Source: an uncultured delta proteobacterium
GTDB lineage: Bacteria; Desulfobacterota; Binatia; Binatales; Binataceae
Direction: 5' to 3'
Assembly (NCBI GenBank): GCA_963765675.1
Contig: CAVXXK010000001.1
Span: 1,344,001-1,408,000, forward strand
Length of the DNA stretch: 64,000 bases
The notes below the pieces were generated by a model. That model did no database searches and was not told the DNA's origin. It saw only the letters and a list, made by a program, of their open reading frames with translations. Each line of letters starts with the position of its first letter. Positions within the stretch are counted from its first letter, which is position 1. Below, one piece after another: positions 52,990 to 63,317 of the stretch. The translations under genes and the position numbers were made by a program.

Positions 52990-54876
52990 TCAGCGGACAA
53001 AGCGCACGATCCGCGCGGAGTGCGGCGCGAGATCGATATGATCCGGAGCGGGCTCTTCGGCGCCCGTGATACCACGGATCGTGGCCGCGGCTCCCGCAAT
53101 TCCGAGCGTCGCGAGAATTACGCTCGCCGCTTCGTCCCCGCGATTTACGATGATCGCGATTGCGCCCGTCGCCATCTCCTTGACCATGGCCCTGATCGGT
53201 GCGGTGGTCATCAGATCGGCGGCCAGAACCGGCGCATCGGCGCTTCCCGAATCGATCTCCGCGCCCAGTGCCGCGGCCGCGCGATAGATCTGCCGCTCGC
53301 CGTCGCCCACCAGCGCCATGTCGTCCGAGACCAGCAGCATCCCGCCCGAGCCCGCAATAGTCGCGGCCAGCGCGCCGCGCTCGTCCGCGGTGAGCTTGGT
53401 CTCTCTGGCGCGGAGCATCAGGCAATCGGGGTCGTTGAGCCACAACCGCCGATGCATAAAGCTGCGCGCGACGATCGCGTCGAGCGCGTACACCGTGGAC
53501 GGATCACCTGAACCCTCGCTGCCCCAATACGGCGCGACGTCGGGTCCGATCCGCATCCCGTCCACGATTCCAACCGCCGCACCGAGCGGGCAGCCGCATC
53601 CGAGAATGAACGCGCTCTCGCCCGCACCGCGGCGGATCGCTTCGAGGCCGCGCCTAAGCGTCTCGGCCCGGGTGAGGTTCTGATCGTGGCGCGCGCCCTG
53701 CGCGGCGCCCGCGTAAAGAAAATCGAGTTTCAGATATGAGTATCCGAATTCGACGGTGAGCTTGCGGAATAGCCGCTCAAGATGACCAGTGAATGCGGGA
53801 TTGCTTGGGTCCAGGGCGTAGGCAAACTTGTCGTCGTTGACGGTCCAGTTCGGATTGTAGCCCGCGCGCAGCGGCCCGCCGCTTTCGTGGCGGATAAACC
53901 AATCCGGATGCTCACGCATGATACGCGCGTCGCGCGCGGCCAGAAACGGCGCGGTCCAGATTCCCGGCTCGAATCCGGCCGAACGAATCTCGCCGGCCAG
54001 GCGCGCAAGCCCGCCTGGAAATTTCGCGTTAGTCGTGTCCCAATCGCCTAACGCGCTCTGGAAGCCGTCGTCGAGCTGCACGACCTCGATCGGAAACTCG
54101 GCGCGCATCGCGGCCAGCGCGCGCAGATTCGCGCGCATATTTTCTTCGCTGATAGCATGAAAATAGTGGTACCAGGAGCACCATCCGCGCTGGTAGGCTG
54201 CGCCGATACGCGCGTTCATCGCGGCGCCTAGCCTCGCGGCCCATCGCGCGGCCATCCGCGCCGCGCTGTCCTGCGAGCGCGTGACATAGAGCGGCTCGAT
54301 CTCGCACGTTTCGCCCGGGCCTAGCTCCACGCCATCGAAAATCGCTCGCGCCACAATCCGGTCCGGCGCCGGAACGGTCAAAGTTGTGAGCTGATGCGCG
54401 GCGCCGACAAATCCCGCCAGCACGCGTTCCGGATGCCCGTCGCATTCGACGATCGTGAACAACTCAGAGGTTGACGCCTCGGGCGAATCGGCGGGACGCG
54501 TGGTTTCGCTTTGATGATTTATCCGGACGATCGAGTTGGCGCTGTCGTGGCGATGTGCCTTTGTGCCGCCGACGACCTGTGCGCCTGAACTGCTCCATGA
54601 CTGGTAGCCATGCTTGAAGAAGCGCGCAGGTGCCGAGGAATCAAAGCCGGTCGCGAGGGTGAAGCAGACCTCGTCGAGTCGAACCGGCCGTTCGCCGCGG
54701 TTGGTGATCCGCGCGTGGGCGATGCTCGTGGGGTCGGAATAGTCAAAGGAAGCGGCGATCTCCACTCCCGCGACGGTCGCCGCGCATTGTAAGGCTCGCG
54801 CAGGATGCGCCGCCGTGATCGATTGCGCGATACCGCCAGCGTCGTGCAGGCGAGCTTCGATGCTCGTAATTTCCAC
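52990..54876 (-). CDS. Alpha-galactosidase (GH36-like)
   Basis: GWCSWYHY, QLDDGFQ, YLKLDFL, MRIGPD, WLNDPDCL. Confidence 0.88.
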   Translation of the reverse strand: MEITSIEARLHDAGGIAQSITAAHPARALQCAATVAGVEIAASFDYSDPTSIAHARITNRGERPVRLDEVCFTLATGFDSSAPARFFKHGYQSWSSSGAQVVGGTKAHRHDSANSIVRINHQSETTRPADSPEASTSELFTIVECDGHPERVLAGFVGAAHQLTTLTVPAPDRIVARAIFDGVELGPGETCEIEPLYVTRSQDSAARMAARWAARLGAAMNARIGAAYQRGWCSWYHYFHAISEENMRANLRALAAMRAEFPIEVVQLDDGFQSALGDWDTTNAKFPGGLARLAGEIRSAGFEPGIWTAPFLAARDARIMREHPDWFIRHESGGPLRAGYNPNWTVNDDKFAYALDPSNPAFTGHLERLFRKLTVEFGYSYLKLDFLYAGAAQGARHDQNLTRAETLRRGLEAIRRGAGESAFILGCGCPLGAAVGIVDGMRIGPDVAPYWGSEGSGDPSTVYALDAIVARSFMHRRLWLNDPDCLMLRARETKLTADERGALAATIAGSGGMLLVSDDMALVGDGERQIYRAAAALGAEIDSGSADAPVLAADLMTTAPIRAMVKEMATGAIAIIVNRGDEAASVILATLGIAGAAATIRGITGAEEPAPDHIDLAPHSARIVRFVR

Positions 54877-54994
54877 GCGGCCAGCGTCGCAAACGACGCG
54901 CTGCGCGGCAACCCCGGGACAATCGCGAAAAGCGCTCGATTGCGCTGCATTAGTTTGGCAGACTGACGCTTGCTTTCACCTCCGGGGAGAGACG

Positions 54995-56323
54995 CTTATC
55001 GATACCGTACCAGAGATAGAAGCCGTCGAAGCCGGAGAACCCGGCGACGCGGCCGCGCTTCACGACAACCTGTGGGAAACGCGGCTGGCCGCGTTCCGCG
55101 CACTACGGCATCGCAACTTTCGCCTGTTTTTCGTCGGACAACTCACCTCGCTTATCGGCACCTGGATGCAGTCGGTCGCGCAGGCGTGGCTGGTGCTGCG
55201 GCTGAGCAACTCCTCGATGATGCTGGGGTTGGTCGCATTCGCCGGCTACATGCCGATCGTGCTGGTGGGTTTGTTTGCCGGCGTGGTGGTCGATCACGTC
55301 GATCGGCGCCGCCTGATTATCGCGACGCAGATACTGCTGATGCTGAGCGCGTTCGTGCTCGCCGCTCTCACCTGGGCCGGAGTGGTGCGAGTCGAGCACG
55401 TGATGATCCTGGCAGCGCTCAACGGGCTGGTGAGTTCGTTCGACATGCCCGGGCGGCAGGCGTTCGTGGTCGAGATGGTGGGCAAAGAAGATTTGCCCAA
55501 CGCGATCTCGATGAACTCGATGATCTTCAACGGCGCGCGGATGGTCGGCCCGGCTATCGCGGGAATCCTGATCGCGATCACCGGCGTGGCCGGATGTTTC
55601 TTCTTAAACGGCGTCAGCTACCTTGCCGTTATCTGGAGCCTGCTCGAGATGGACACGCCCCGGCGCGAGCGCCGCCAGTTCGGCGCCGTGATGCTGCGCC
55701 AGGTGCTCGCGGGCTTGACCTATGTCTGGGAGCATCGTCCGAGCTTCTACCTGATGCTGTTGGTCGCGATTAACAGCGGCTTCGCGCTGCAGTACACGGT
55801 GCTGATTCCGATGTTCGCGCGCGACCTGCTGCACAGCGGCGCCAAAGGCTATGGCTTTTTGATGGCGGCGCAGGGCGTCGGCGCAGTGGCCGCCGCGATC
55901 GTGATGAACGTCCGTTCCGACGCGCCGAGGGCCTTGCGCCAGAACCTGGTATTCGGATTGTTTTGCACCGCCGCCGCGATCCTCGTGTTCGGAATTTCCA
56001 AGTGGATGTGGCTCTCGATAGTCGCGCAGATGTTTATCGGCGCGGGCTTGATGAACCACATGGTAACGACCAACACGATGCTGCAACTGTTCGTTGCCGA
56101 CGAGCTGCGCGGCCGCGTCATGAGCATCTACACGCTGTCGTTCATCGGCACCGCGCCGATTGGAAGCCTCGCCGTCGGTTACGTCGGCGAGCGTCTGACC
56201 CCGCAGACCGCGGTGATGATCTGTTCGGGCTTTGCACTGGCTTGTGCGCTCTTGCTGTTGACGCGGCTCAGGATGTTCGCGCAAGCGCAGGAAGCGATCC
56301 TCGAGATGGCGCCGCAGCCGTGA
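54995..56323 (+). CDS. MFS transporter; start uncertain
   Basis: ALRHRNFRLFFVGQLTSLIGTWMQ, about 12 TM, LRGRVMS; no canonical in-frame start between 54876 and the conserved region. Confidence 0.85.
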   Translation, partial: LIDTVPEIEAVEAGEPGDAAALHDNLWETRLAAFRALRHRNFRLFFVGQLTSLIGTWMQSVAQAWLVLRLSNSSMMLGLVAFAGYMPIVLVGLFAGVVVDHVDRRRLIIATQILLMLSAFVLAALTWAGVVRVEHVMILAALNGLVSSFDMPGRQAFVVEMVGKEDLPNAISMNSMIFNGARMVGPAIAGILIAITGVAGCFFLNGVSYLAVIWSLLEMDTPRRERRQFGAVMLRQVLAGLTYVWEHRPSFYLMLLVAINSGFALQYTVLIPMFARDLLHSGAKGYGFLMAAQGVGAVAAAIVMNVRSDAPRALRQNLVFGLFCTAAAILVFGISKWMWLSIVAQMFIGAGLMNHMVTTNTMLQLFVADELRGRVMSIYTLSFIGTAPIGSLAVGYVGERLTPQTAVMICSGFALACALLLLTRLRMFAQAQEAILEMAPQP

Positions 56324-56351
56324 ATCGTTTGCAGGAGATTTTACGAATTCG

Positions 56352-57626
56352 CTACCACTCGATCAGGACGCGCTGCGGTCCTCGAAACGAGATGTTCGGC
56401 GAATAGGTGAAAGCCTGGTTCGGCGCTAACCGGATCTGGGGAATCCGCCGCGTCAACTCTTCGAGAATAACTTTCAGCTCCAGGCGCGCCAGCGGAGCAC
56501 CGAAGCAGTAGTGAATTCCAAAGCCGAACGCGAGATGCTCCTTCGCGTTGACTCGATGGATATCGAACTCGCCGGAACGTGGAAATTCGGTTTCGTCGCG
56601 ATTGGCGGAACCGATCGCGAGCAGCAGATTGGCGTTCTCGGGAATCCTGACCCCGCCGATTTCAACCGCCCGCGCCGCCCGCCGTCGCCAGGTGATGACC
56701 GAGGTGTCATAGCGCAGAATTTCCTCGATCGCGTTCGGAATCAGAGCAGGATTGGCGCACAGATCGTCCCACGCCGCGCGATGCTCGAGCAGGTTCACAA
56801 CGGCGCTCGCCGTCAGGCTGGTGGTGGTTTCGTGTCCCGCGATGAGGAGTCCGTAAACAACCGTCGCAATCTCCGCGATCGATAAAATCCGGTCGTCGCC
56901 GTTGCGCGCGCGAATCAGATCGCCGACAAAATTATCCGGCGGATTTTCGATCAGGCGCTCGACGTGGCGCAGGCTGTAGCGCCAATACTCGAGCAGGCCC
57001 TTCGCCTCCGTGATTTGCTGAGCCTCGGACAAATGCCCCCACGTGAGCATCAGCCGGTTCTTAGCCCAGCTCTTCACGCGCGGCACGTCGGCCGCAGGCA
57101 TCCCCAAAAAGATGAACAGCACCAGCACCGGCAGCTCATAAACCATGTCGCGTACCAGGTCGGCGCTGCGGCGCGGTTCGATCTCGTCGAGAAATCTGGT
57201 GACGATCGCGCGAATATCGGTCTCGAGCTTCGCGACGCGGCGCGGCGTGAACGCCTGGCCGGTGAACTTGCGGATGCGCGTGTGCGCGGGAGGATCGGCG
57301 TTCGACATCGCCGGCACCGCGCCGAAGCCGCCCTCGCGAAGTATCGCGACGACTTTCGGCGAGAGCGGGGCGATCGGGTTCTGGACGTTCGACGCGGAGA
57401 ACGTTTTTGGATCGGCAAAGATTGCCTTCACGTCCGCGTAACGGGTGACGACCCAGTAATCGATCTCCGGACTGTAAAAGACCGGTTCTTCGGTGCGCGC
57501 GCGCAGCCAGAACGGATAAGGACTCGCGAGATATGGATCAACGAATGGATTGAATTCCGCGCCCAATCCTGTGACCGGGCATTTGCTCGCCGCGCGATCG
57601 GGTGAATCCTCGGAAGGTAGTCGCAT
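56352..57626 (-). CDS. Cytochrome P450 (CYP116-like haem domain, no fused reductase)
   Basis: [24 protein letters not shown]; start 57626 or 57650. Confidence 0.93.
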   Translation of the reverse strand: MRLPSEDSPDRAASKCPVTGLGAEFNPFVDPYLASPYPFWLRARTEEPVFYSPEIDYWVVTRYADVKAIFADPKTFSASNVQNPIAPLSPKVVAILREGGFGAVPAMSNADPPAHTRIRKFTGQAFTPRRVAKLETDIRAIVTRFLDEIEPRRSADLVRDMVYELPVLVLFIFLGMPAADVPRVKSWAKNRLMLTWGHLSEAQQITEAKGLLEYWRYSLRHVERLIENPPDNFVGDLIRARNGDDRILSIAEIATVVYGLLIAGHETTTSLTASAVVNLLEHRAAWDDLCANPALIPNAIEEILRYDTSVITWRRRAARAVEIGGVRIPENANLLLAIGSANRDETEFPRSGEFDIHRVNAKEHLAFGFGIHYCFGAPLARLELKVILEELTRRIPQIRLAPNQAFTYSPNISFRGPQRVLIEW

Positions 57627-57743
57627 CGCGATACACCCCTTGGCGCTCATGCCGCGCCGAGACTCGACCATAGCCGAACCCACGCGGCATCGAAAACCCC
57701 GCGGGCTTGCGTCCGCGGCGCACGCTCTCCGATAATCGCGCTT

Positions 57744-59160
57744 GTGGCATCGGGACCGGCAAAACACGTAAGCGCGGCGAGCAAGTCGCGCACGCAGGCG
57801 CTCAGCGCGATGCCTCCGATCGACGAATGCCTGCGCGCCGCCGAAAACGAACCCAAGTTGGCCGCGCTTGGCGGTGCGTATTTGAAGATGCTCCTGCGCC
57901 GCGCGCAAGCTGACCTGCGCGAGGAACTTCGAGCCGGACGCGGCGGCGACCGCGCCGCGCTGCTTGCCGAGATTATCCGCCGCGCCGCGAACGCCGCTGC
58001 CGCCGATGAACCTCATCTGCGGCCTGTCGTGAACGCGACCGGAGTGGTGCTCCACACCAACTTGGGCCGCGCGATCCTGGCCGAGTCAGCGATCGAGGCG
58101 ATCGAGATGGCGGCGCGATCGGCGGTGAACCTCGAGTACGATCTCGAATCGGGCGAGCGCGGCGATCGTGACGCGATCGTCGAGGAAGTACTCTGCGCGC
58201 TGACCGGCGCCGAGGCCGCCACCGTCGTCAACAACAACGCCGCGGCGGTGCTGCTGGTGCTGGGTACGCTCGCGCTCGGACGCGAGGTGGTCGTGTCGCG
58301 CGGCGAGCTGATCGAGATCGGCGGCGCGTTCCGGATTCCGGACGTGATGACTCGCGCCGGCGCGCGTCTGCGAGAGGTCGGCACGACGAACCGGACGCAT
58401 CCGCGCGACTTCGCCGACGCGATCGGTCCGGATACCGCGCTCCTGATGAAGGTGCATCCGTCGAACTACCGGATCGTCGGTTTTACGAGCGACGTCCCTC
58501 TCGAAGAGCTGGTGCGGATCGGGCGCGAGCAGGGCATCGACGTGGTCGAGGACCTCGGCGCGGGCGCGTTGGTCGATCTCTCGCGCTACGGATTGCCGCC
58601 GCGAGCCGATTATCGCCGATCGGATTGCGGCGGGTGCCGCGATTGTGACTTTTTCAGGCGACAAGCTGCTCGGTGGTCCGCAATCCGGACTCGTCGTCGG
58701 GCGGCGGAGTCTGATCGCGAAGCTCAAAGCGAATCCCCTTCGCCGCGCGCTCCGATGCGACAAGCTCACGCTCGCGGCGCTCGAAGCGACGCTCAGAATC
58801 TATCTGCGCTCGGCGGACGTTGCCGATGAAATTCCGACGCTGCGCCTGATGCGGCGAAAGCCGGCGGAGTTGCGCACGATTGCGGAGCGCGCTCGCGCGA
58901 TAATCTCCGAACGGATCGGCGCGGAATTCACGGTCGAAGTAACGGACGCCGCGTCGCGCGCCGGCTCGGGCTCGCTGCCCGACGCGGCGCTCGAGTCGGC
59001 GGGCGTCAGGATCACGCACGCACGAATCTCTCCCAGCGCGATTGCCGCGCGCTTCCGCCGCGCGAGAATTATCGGGCGCGTCGCCGATGATTCGTTTATT
59101 CTCGATATGCGGACGATCGAAGATCCTGCGGTGTTCGCAGTCGATCTAAAACACGAATGA
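57744..59160 (+). CDS. selA: L-seryl-tRNA(Sec) selenium transferase; frameshift near 58600
   Basis: [33 protein letters not shown], then [11 protein letters not shown] in the second frame. Confidence 0.93.
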
Positions 59161-59198
59161 CCGGGCGTGTCCGCCGTCCGCGCCAGGGAGAAATCATC

Positions 59199-59420
59199 AT
59201 GCCGGACAACAGTTACAAGATTATTGATATCGTGGGCGTATCCGACGACAGTATCCAGCAGGCTGTGCGCAACGCGATCTCCAAGGCGCAGAAGACGATC
59301 AGAAGTATTCAGTGGTTCGAGGTTGAAAATGTCCGCGGCTCGATCCAGAAAGACGGCAAACCCGAATTCCAGGTGCAGGTCCGAATCGGTTTCCGTCTCG
59401 AAGGCGCAGCCGCCGACTGA
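59199..59420 (+). CDS. Dodecin (flavin-binding protein)
   Basis: YKIIDIVGVS...WFEVENVRG...FQVQVRIGFRLE. Confidence 0.92.
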   Translation: MPDNSYKIIDIVGVSDDSIQQAVRNAISKAQKTIRSIQWFEVENVRGSIQKDGKPEFQVQVRIGFRLEGAAAD

Positions 59421-59435
59421 ACGCTGGAGGCAGCG

Positions 59436-60290
59436 ATGAAATTCGGCACCTTCCTGATGCAGACGAATCCCTCGAGTCTCGGCGCGGTCGCGCGCAAGGC
59501 CGAGGAGCTCGGCTACGAGTCGCTCTGGATTCCCGAACACATCATCCTGCCGCTCCAGTACAAATCGCCCTATCCATATTCGTCGAGCGGGCGGATGCCG
59601 GCGCCGCCGGAAACGCCGCTGCACGATCCGATGCTCGCGCTCGCGTTTATCGCGGGAATCACCACGCGGATTCGGCTCGCGACGGGAATCTACGTGCTGC
59701 CGATCAGAAATCCCTTTACCACCGCGAAAGCCGTCGCCAGCCTGGACGTGCTCTCGGGCGGGCGCTTCATCTTTGGCGTCGGAATCGGATGGCTCGAAGA
59801 AGAGTTCACCGCCGTCGGAATGGATTTCAAGAATCGCGCGCTGCGCTCCCGCGAATACGTCGAGCTGCTGAAGGAGCTATGGGCGAGCAACGATCCGGTC
59901 TACGAGGGCAAGACCGTCAAGATCAAAGGCTTCCGCATGATGCCCAAGCCGGTACAGAAACCGCATCCGCCGTTCGTGTTCGGAGGGCATACGGAACCCT
60001 CGCTGAAACGGGCCGCGCGCCTTGGTGACGGATGGTACGGAATCGCCGAGAGCCTGCCCGATATTCGCGGCGTGATCACGCGTCTGCGCGGGCACGAGGC
60101 GGCGCTCGGCCGCACCACGCCGCTCGAACTGACGGTCAGCCCCCGCCTGGGGGGCCCGGTGACGATCGAGCAGGTTCACCAGCTCGCCGAGATGGGCGTC
60201 TCGCGAATAATCCTCGGGACCACGCCCACGACCCGCGAGCAGCTAGCCGAGATGGAGCGGCTGCGCGACGAGGTGATGGCCAAGGTCTGA
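59436..60290 (+). CDS. LLM-class, probably F420-dependent oxidoreductase
   Basis: WIPEH, SLDVLSGGRFIFGVGIGWLEEEF, PKPVQKPHPP. Confidence 0.88.
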   Translation: MKFGTFLMQTNPSSLGAVARKAEELGYESLWIPEHIILPLQYKSPYPYSSSGRMPAPPETPLHDPMLALAFIAGITTRIRLATGIYVLPIRNPFTTAKAVASLDVLSGGRFIFGVGIGWLEEEFTAVGMDFKNRALRSREYVELLKELWASNDPVYEGKTVKIKGFRMMPKPVQKPHPPFVFGGHTEPSLKRAARLGDGWYGIAESLPDIRGVITRLRGHEAALGRTTPLELTVSPRLGGPVTIEQVHQLAEMGVSRIILGTTPTTREQLAEMERLRDEVMAKV

Positions 60291-60344
60291 GTCGCCAACG
60301 AAGCGCTTTGCGTAGCTCATTCCAATCGACTGCTTTCGCGACTG

Positions 60345-60521
60345 GCGAGATTCCTCGCGATGAGTGCAACGGGAGACGATCTGCATAATGCTGGATTGGC
60401 AGTTGATCCGCGCTCGGAATGACAATTTTTGCTGCCTTGGTGTCATTCCGAGCGCGCTCAGGCAGCCAGCATCATATCGTACGCATTACTGTGAGTGGCA
60501 GGCGTCGCGAGGAATCTCGCC
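60345..60521. repeat. Inverted pair of REP-like elements (TGTCATTCC...GAGGAATC family)
   Basis: 60345-60424 and 60441-60521 have complementary ends resembling those of the 9700-10001 elements. Confidence 0.7.
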
Positions 60522-60668
60522 CTCGGCATTTGCGCAATCTATAAAGAGGTTTATGCAAAGGGCGCCGGAATTTTTCCGCGCCGGGCAGTCGATAATGCTT
60601 GGCGTGACGCGGTCGGCGCAGATATCATCACTGCGGCTTCACGCCCCCGATGGAGGCGCGCGCACTCG

Positions 60669-62171
60669 ATGAAAAGATGCCCGTCCTGCGACAAAACCTA
60701 TCCTGACAGTGAAACCTTTTGCGAGACCGACGGCACCGCGCTCGTGGGTGCCGATCCTGCCTTCGTGCAGGGCGCGGCCGGCGGAGTCGAGTGTCCGGTC
60801 TGCGGCGGCAAAGCCGAGCCGGGCGAAGTAATCTGCAATTTTTGTGGCGCGCGGCTTTCCGGCGAAGGCGCGCCATCCGCGCCGCCGAGCGCGCCTGCGC
60901 CTCCTGTCACGCCAGCGCGTCCCGGTAGCAGCAAGACCGAAATTTCTTCGCAGCCGCTGTCGGGACAATTCACCGGCAGGACGAGCGAGCCGCCGCCGCC
61001 CGAGTATGAAGACGAGACCGGGGGAGCGAGCGGATTCCTGCGCCTGATTGCCTATATCGTCGCGGCGCTGATCGCTCTTATCGGCGGCGCATGGCTCGCG
61101 ATTCATCTGACGGCGCATCATCCGAGTGTTGGCGTGCAAGCTTCGCCCTCGCCGATCGCGTCGCCTTCTCCGATCGTTGCGGCCGCGCCGATGGTCGCGC
61201 TCGCGAGCAGTATTCCAATCCAGGTGACGGGCGAGTCGGCGAGCGCGCCGGAACGCAGCGCGTCGGTTACCCGCAACGCCTTCGAAAACGGCAAGCCCGC
61301 CTTGCTCGACGCCTATCGGCACGCGCTCGGCGCCGACCCGAATTGCAAGGACGGGATGATGGTGCGGATCCGGGTTTTGCCCGACGGCACGATCTCGCAG
61401 GCCTCTGTCCTGACTTCGACAGCGCCAAACCCGGGCCTCGACGCCGAGGTTGCTGGAGACGTGACGGCTTGGAGCTTCGCGCCGTTCAGTGGCGGGCAGG
61501 TGGAAGTCAGCTATCCGATAATTTTCGCGCAGACCGCTGCCGATCAGGCTGCCGTCGAGTCCGCGCTCAGCGCAAAGCTCGCCAGCCTGAGTCCGACGGA
61601 GACACCCGAATACACGTCCGCGACGCCTTCGCCGGTCGCATCTGCAGCCGCGTCTCCGGCTGCCGCGCCCGCCGCGGCGCCCTCAGTGGTAGCTGCGCCG
61701 CCGCCGGTGGTTCGCAAGCGTCGTCCGGCGACGCCGCGTCCGCGCCCGACTCCTTCGCTCTACGATCGAGTCAACAGCGCTCTCAGGTCCAGCCGCAAAC
61801 TCGGCAGGGTCCAGGCCTACACCACAGCCGGCGGCACGGTGACGCTTACCGGCAGAGTATTCGACGACAAGGACAAGGCGTTCGCTGAAAGCACGATCCG
61901 CTCAGTGCCGGGAGTCGTCCAAGTCATCAACACGGTGACGACCGACACAGGAGTATGGGCGCAAGAACAGGCGACGATTCAGCAGCAGCTCGCCAACGCG
62001 GGACTGCCGAATGTGACGGTCAAAGTGATCGGCAAGGATGCCTACTTGAACGGCACGGTGAAAACCGATCTCGAGAAGCAGCGCGCGGTGACGATCACCG
62101 AAGGCGCGGCGCCGGTCACGGTGCGCGGCAACGTGATCACCGTCGTGCCGGGCAGTATGTTCGGGTTCTGA
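60669..62171 (+). CDS. Membrane protein: zinc ribbons + TM + TonB-C-like domain + Pro-rich linker + two BON domains
   Basis: CPSC/FCETDG, CPVC/CNFC, TM helix, VTLTGRV...VPGVVQVIN and AYLNGTV BON motifs. Confidence 0.75.
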   Translation: MKRCPSCDKTYPDSETFCETDGTALVGADPAFVQGAAGGVECPVCGGKAEPGEVICNFCGARLSGEGAPSAPPSAPAPPVTPARPGSSKTEISSQPLSGQFTGRTSEPPPPEYEDETGGASGFLRLIAYIVAALIALIGGAWLAIHLTAHHPSVGVQASPSPIASPSPIVAAAPMVALASSIPIQVTGESASAPERSASVTRNAFENGKPALLDAYRHALGADPNCKDGMMVRIRVLPDGTISQASVLTSTAPNPGLDAEVAGDVTAWSFAPFSGGQVEVSYPIIFAQTAADQAAVESALSAKLASLSPTETPEYTSATPSPVASAAASPAAAPAAAPSVVAAPPPVVRKRRPATPRPRPTPSLYDRVNSALRSSRKLGRVQAYTTAGGTVTLTGRVFDDKDKAFAESTIRSVPGVVQVINTVTTDTGVWAQEQATIQQQLANAGLPNVTVKVIGKDAYLNGTVKTDLEKQRAVTITEGAAPVTVRGNVITVVPGSMFGF

Positions 62172-62325
62172 TTTCGCAAGAGCGAACGCATGCGCGGCCG
62201 AACTGACGCAAACCAAACTTGCACTATGAGGCCTCGCTTGCGCTATTGACAACGAATCGACCCGGCGATTAGATGATTTCCAGAAAGCGGCGCCTGCCGC
62301 TCCCCCCAGGAGGTTCTGGTTTCCA

Positions 62326-62658
62326 ATGCCCGACGCAGCACCAACGTCAGCAAAGCAAGTTTTTGCCGAAATGCCGAATCGCTTCAACAAGGAAGCCGCA
62401 AAAGGTCTGAACGCGGTTTACCAGTTCGACCTCTCGGGCGACGGCGGCGGCAAATGGCATGTAATTATCAAAGACGAAAACTGTGAGGTCAAAGAAGGAC
62501 CTGCGGCGTCCCCGAGCATCACCATCTCGATGACCGCGCAGGACTACCTCGACATGATCAGCGGCAAGCTGAACGGCCAGATGGCCTTCATGACCGGCAA
62601 ACTCCGGATCGCGGGCGATATGGGACTCGCGCTCCGCATGCAGAGCCTGTTCCAATAG
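62326..62658 (+). CDS. SCP2 sterol/lipid-binding domain protein
   Basis: YQFDLSGDGGGKW, AFMTGKLRIAGDMGLA. Confidence 0.92.
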   Translation: MPDAAPTSAKQVFAEMPNRFNKEAAKGLNAVYQFDLSGDGGGKWHVIIKDENCEVKEGPAASPSITISMTAQDYLDMISGKLNGQMAFMTGKLRIAGDMGLALRMQSLFQ

Positions 62659-62695
62659 GCGCAGCGGGATAAACCGCCTGATTCAGCTATCGATA

Positions 62696-62724
62696 GCGCC
62701 GGGTCCGAACCCCGGGCCCGGCGC
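62696..62724 (+). terminator. GC-rich hairpin after SCP2 gene
   Basis: GCGCCGGGTCCG...CGGGCCCGGCGC; no clear U-tract. Confidence 0.4.
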
Positions 62725-62975
62725 GACTCTACTGCAAGCCATTCTTCCAGCAATTCAATTTCAGATCGATTTTACCGGTGCGAGCTTAAGATTCGGCCGT
62801 AATCGCGAATACTCTCTGACCTATCGCACAGATCGCTGAGGCTCACTTCCACGCGGACATCCGCGCCACTTCACCGAGCATTCCCGTATCCACTTCAACT
62901 CAACTCAAGTCAAATTGTTTGCAAACGTCACTATCGACAGGAGGACGGATCCACGTCACAGGAGATTGAAACCGT

Positions 62976-63224
62976 ATGAGTGAACCCGAAATGAACGACG
63001 AACCCGAGAAGACGAACCGCGGCGACGGTGCCGATAACGACTCGGTTGCCTCGAAGCTCTCGCAGGAGCTGAGCAACTGGCGTCGCAAGCGAACCTCGTC
63101 ACGGCCCGCGCGCCCCGAAATGATGGGGTCGAACCATTCCGAGCCCGCCCGCACTATCAAGGTGCGCGGCCATGAAACGCTGGTCGTACGCAAGGCCAAG
63201 CTCAAGCCGCCGTCGAATCCCTGA
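62976..63224 (+). CDS. Small hypothetical protein
   Basis: 82 aa, AGGAG upstream, acidic N-terminus and basic C-terminus. Confidence 0.55.
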   Translation: MSEPEMNDEPEKTNRGDGADNDSVASKLSQELSNWRRKRTSSRPARPEMMGSNHSEPARTIKVRGHETLVVRKAKLKPPSNP

Positions 63225-63317
63225 ACAGAAATTCCGGCTGCGGTTCAAGGTGAACCATGATGAGGTGTGCGGCGGTGTGAGGTGAGGTGCGGAAGCAGGG
63301 TGCGGAGCGGGTGAGGG

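Noticed and set aside
57627-58055. N-terminal extension of the P450
   Set aside because: Overlaps selA on the opposite strand.
59100-59440. tRNA-Sec or SECIS near selA
   Set aside because: No cloverleaf and no in-frame TGA selenoprotein candidate seen.
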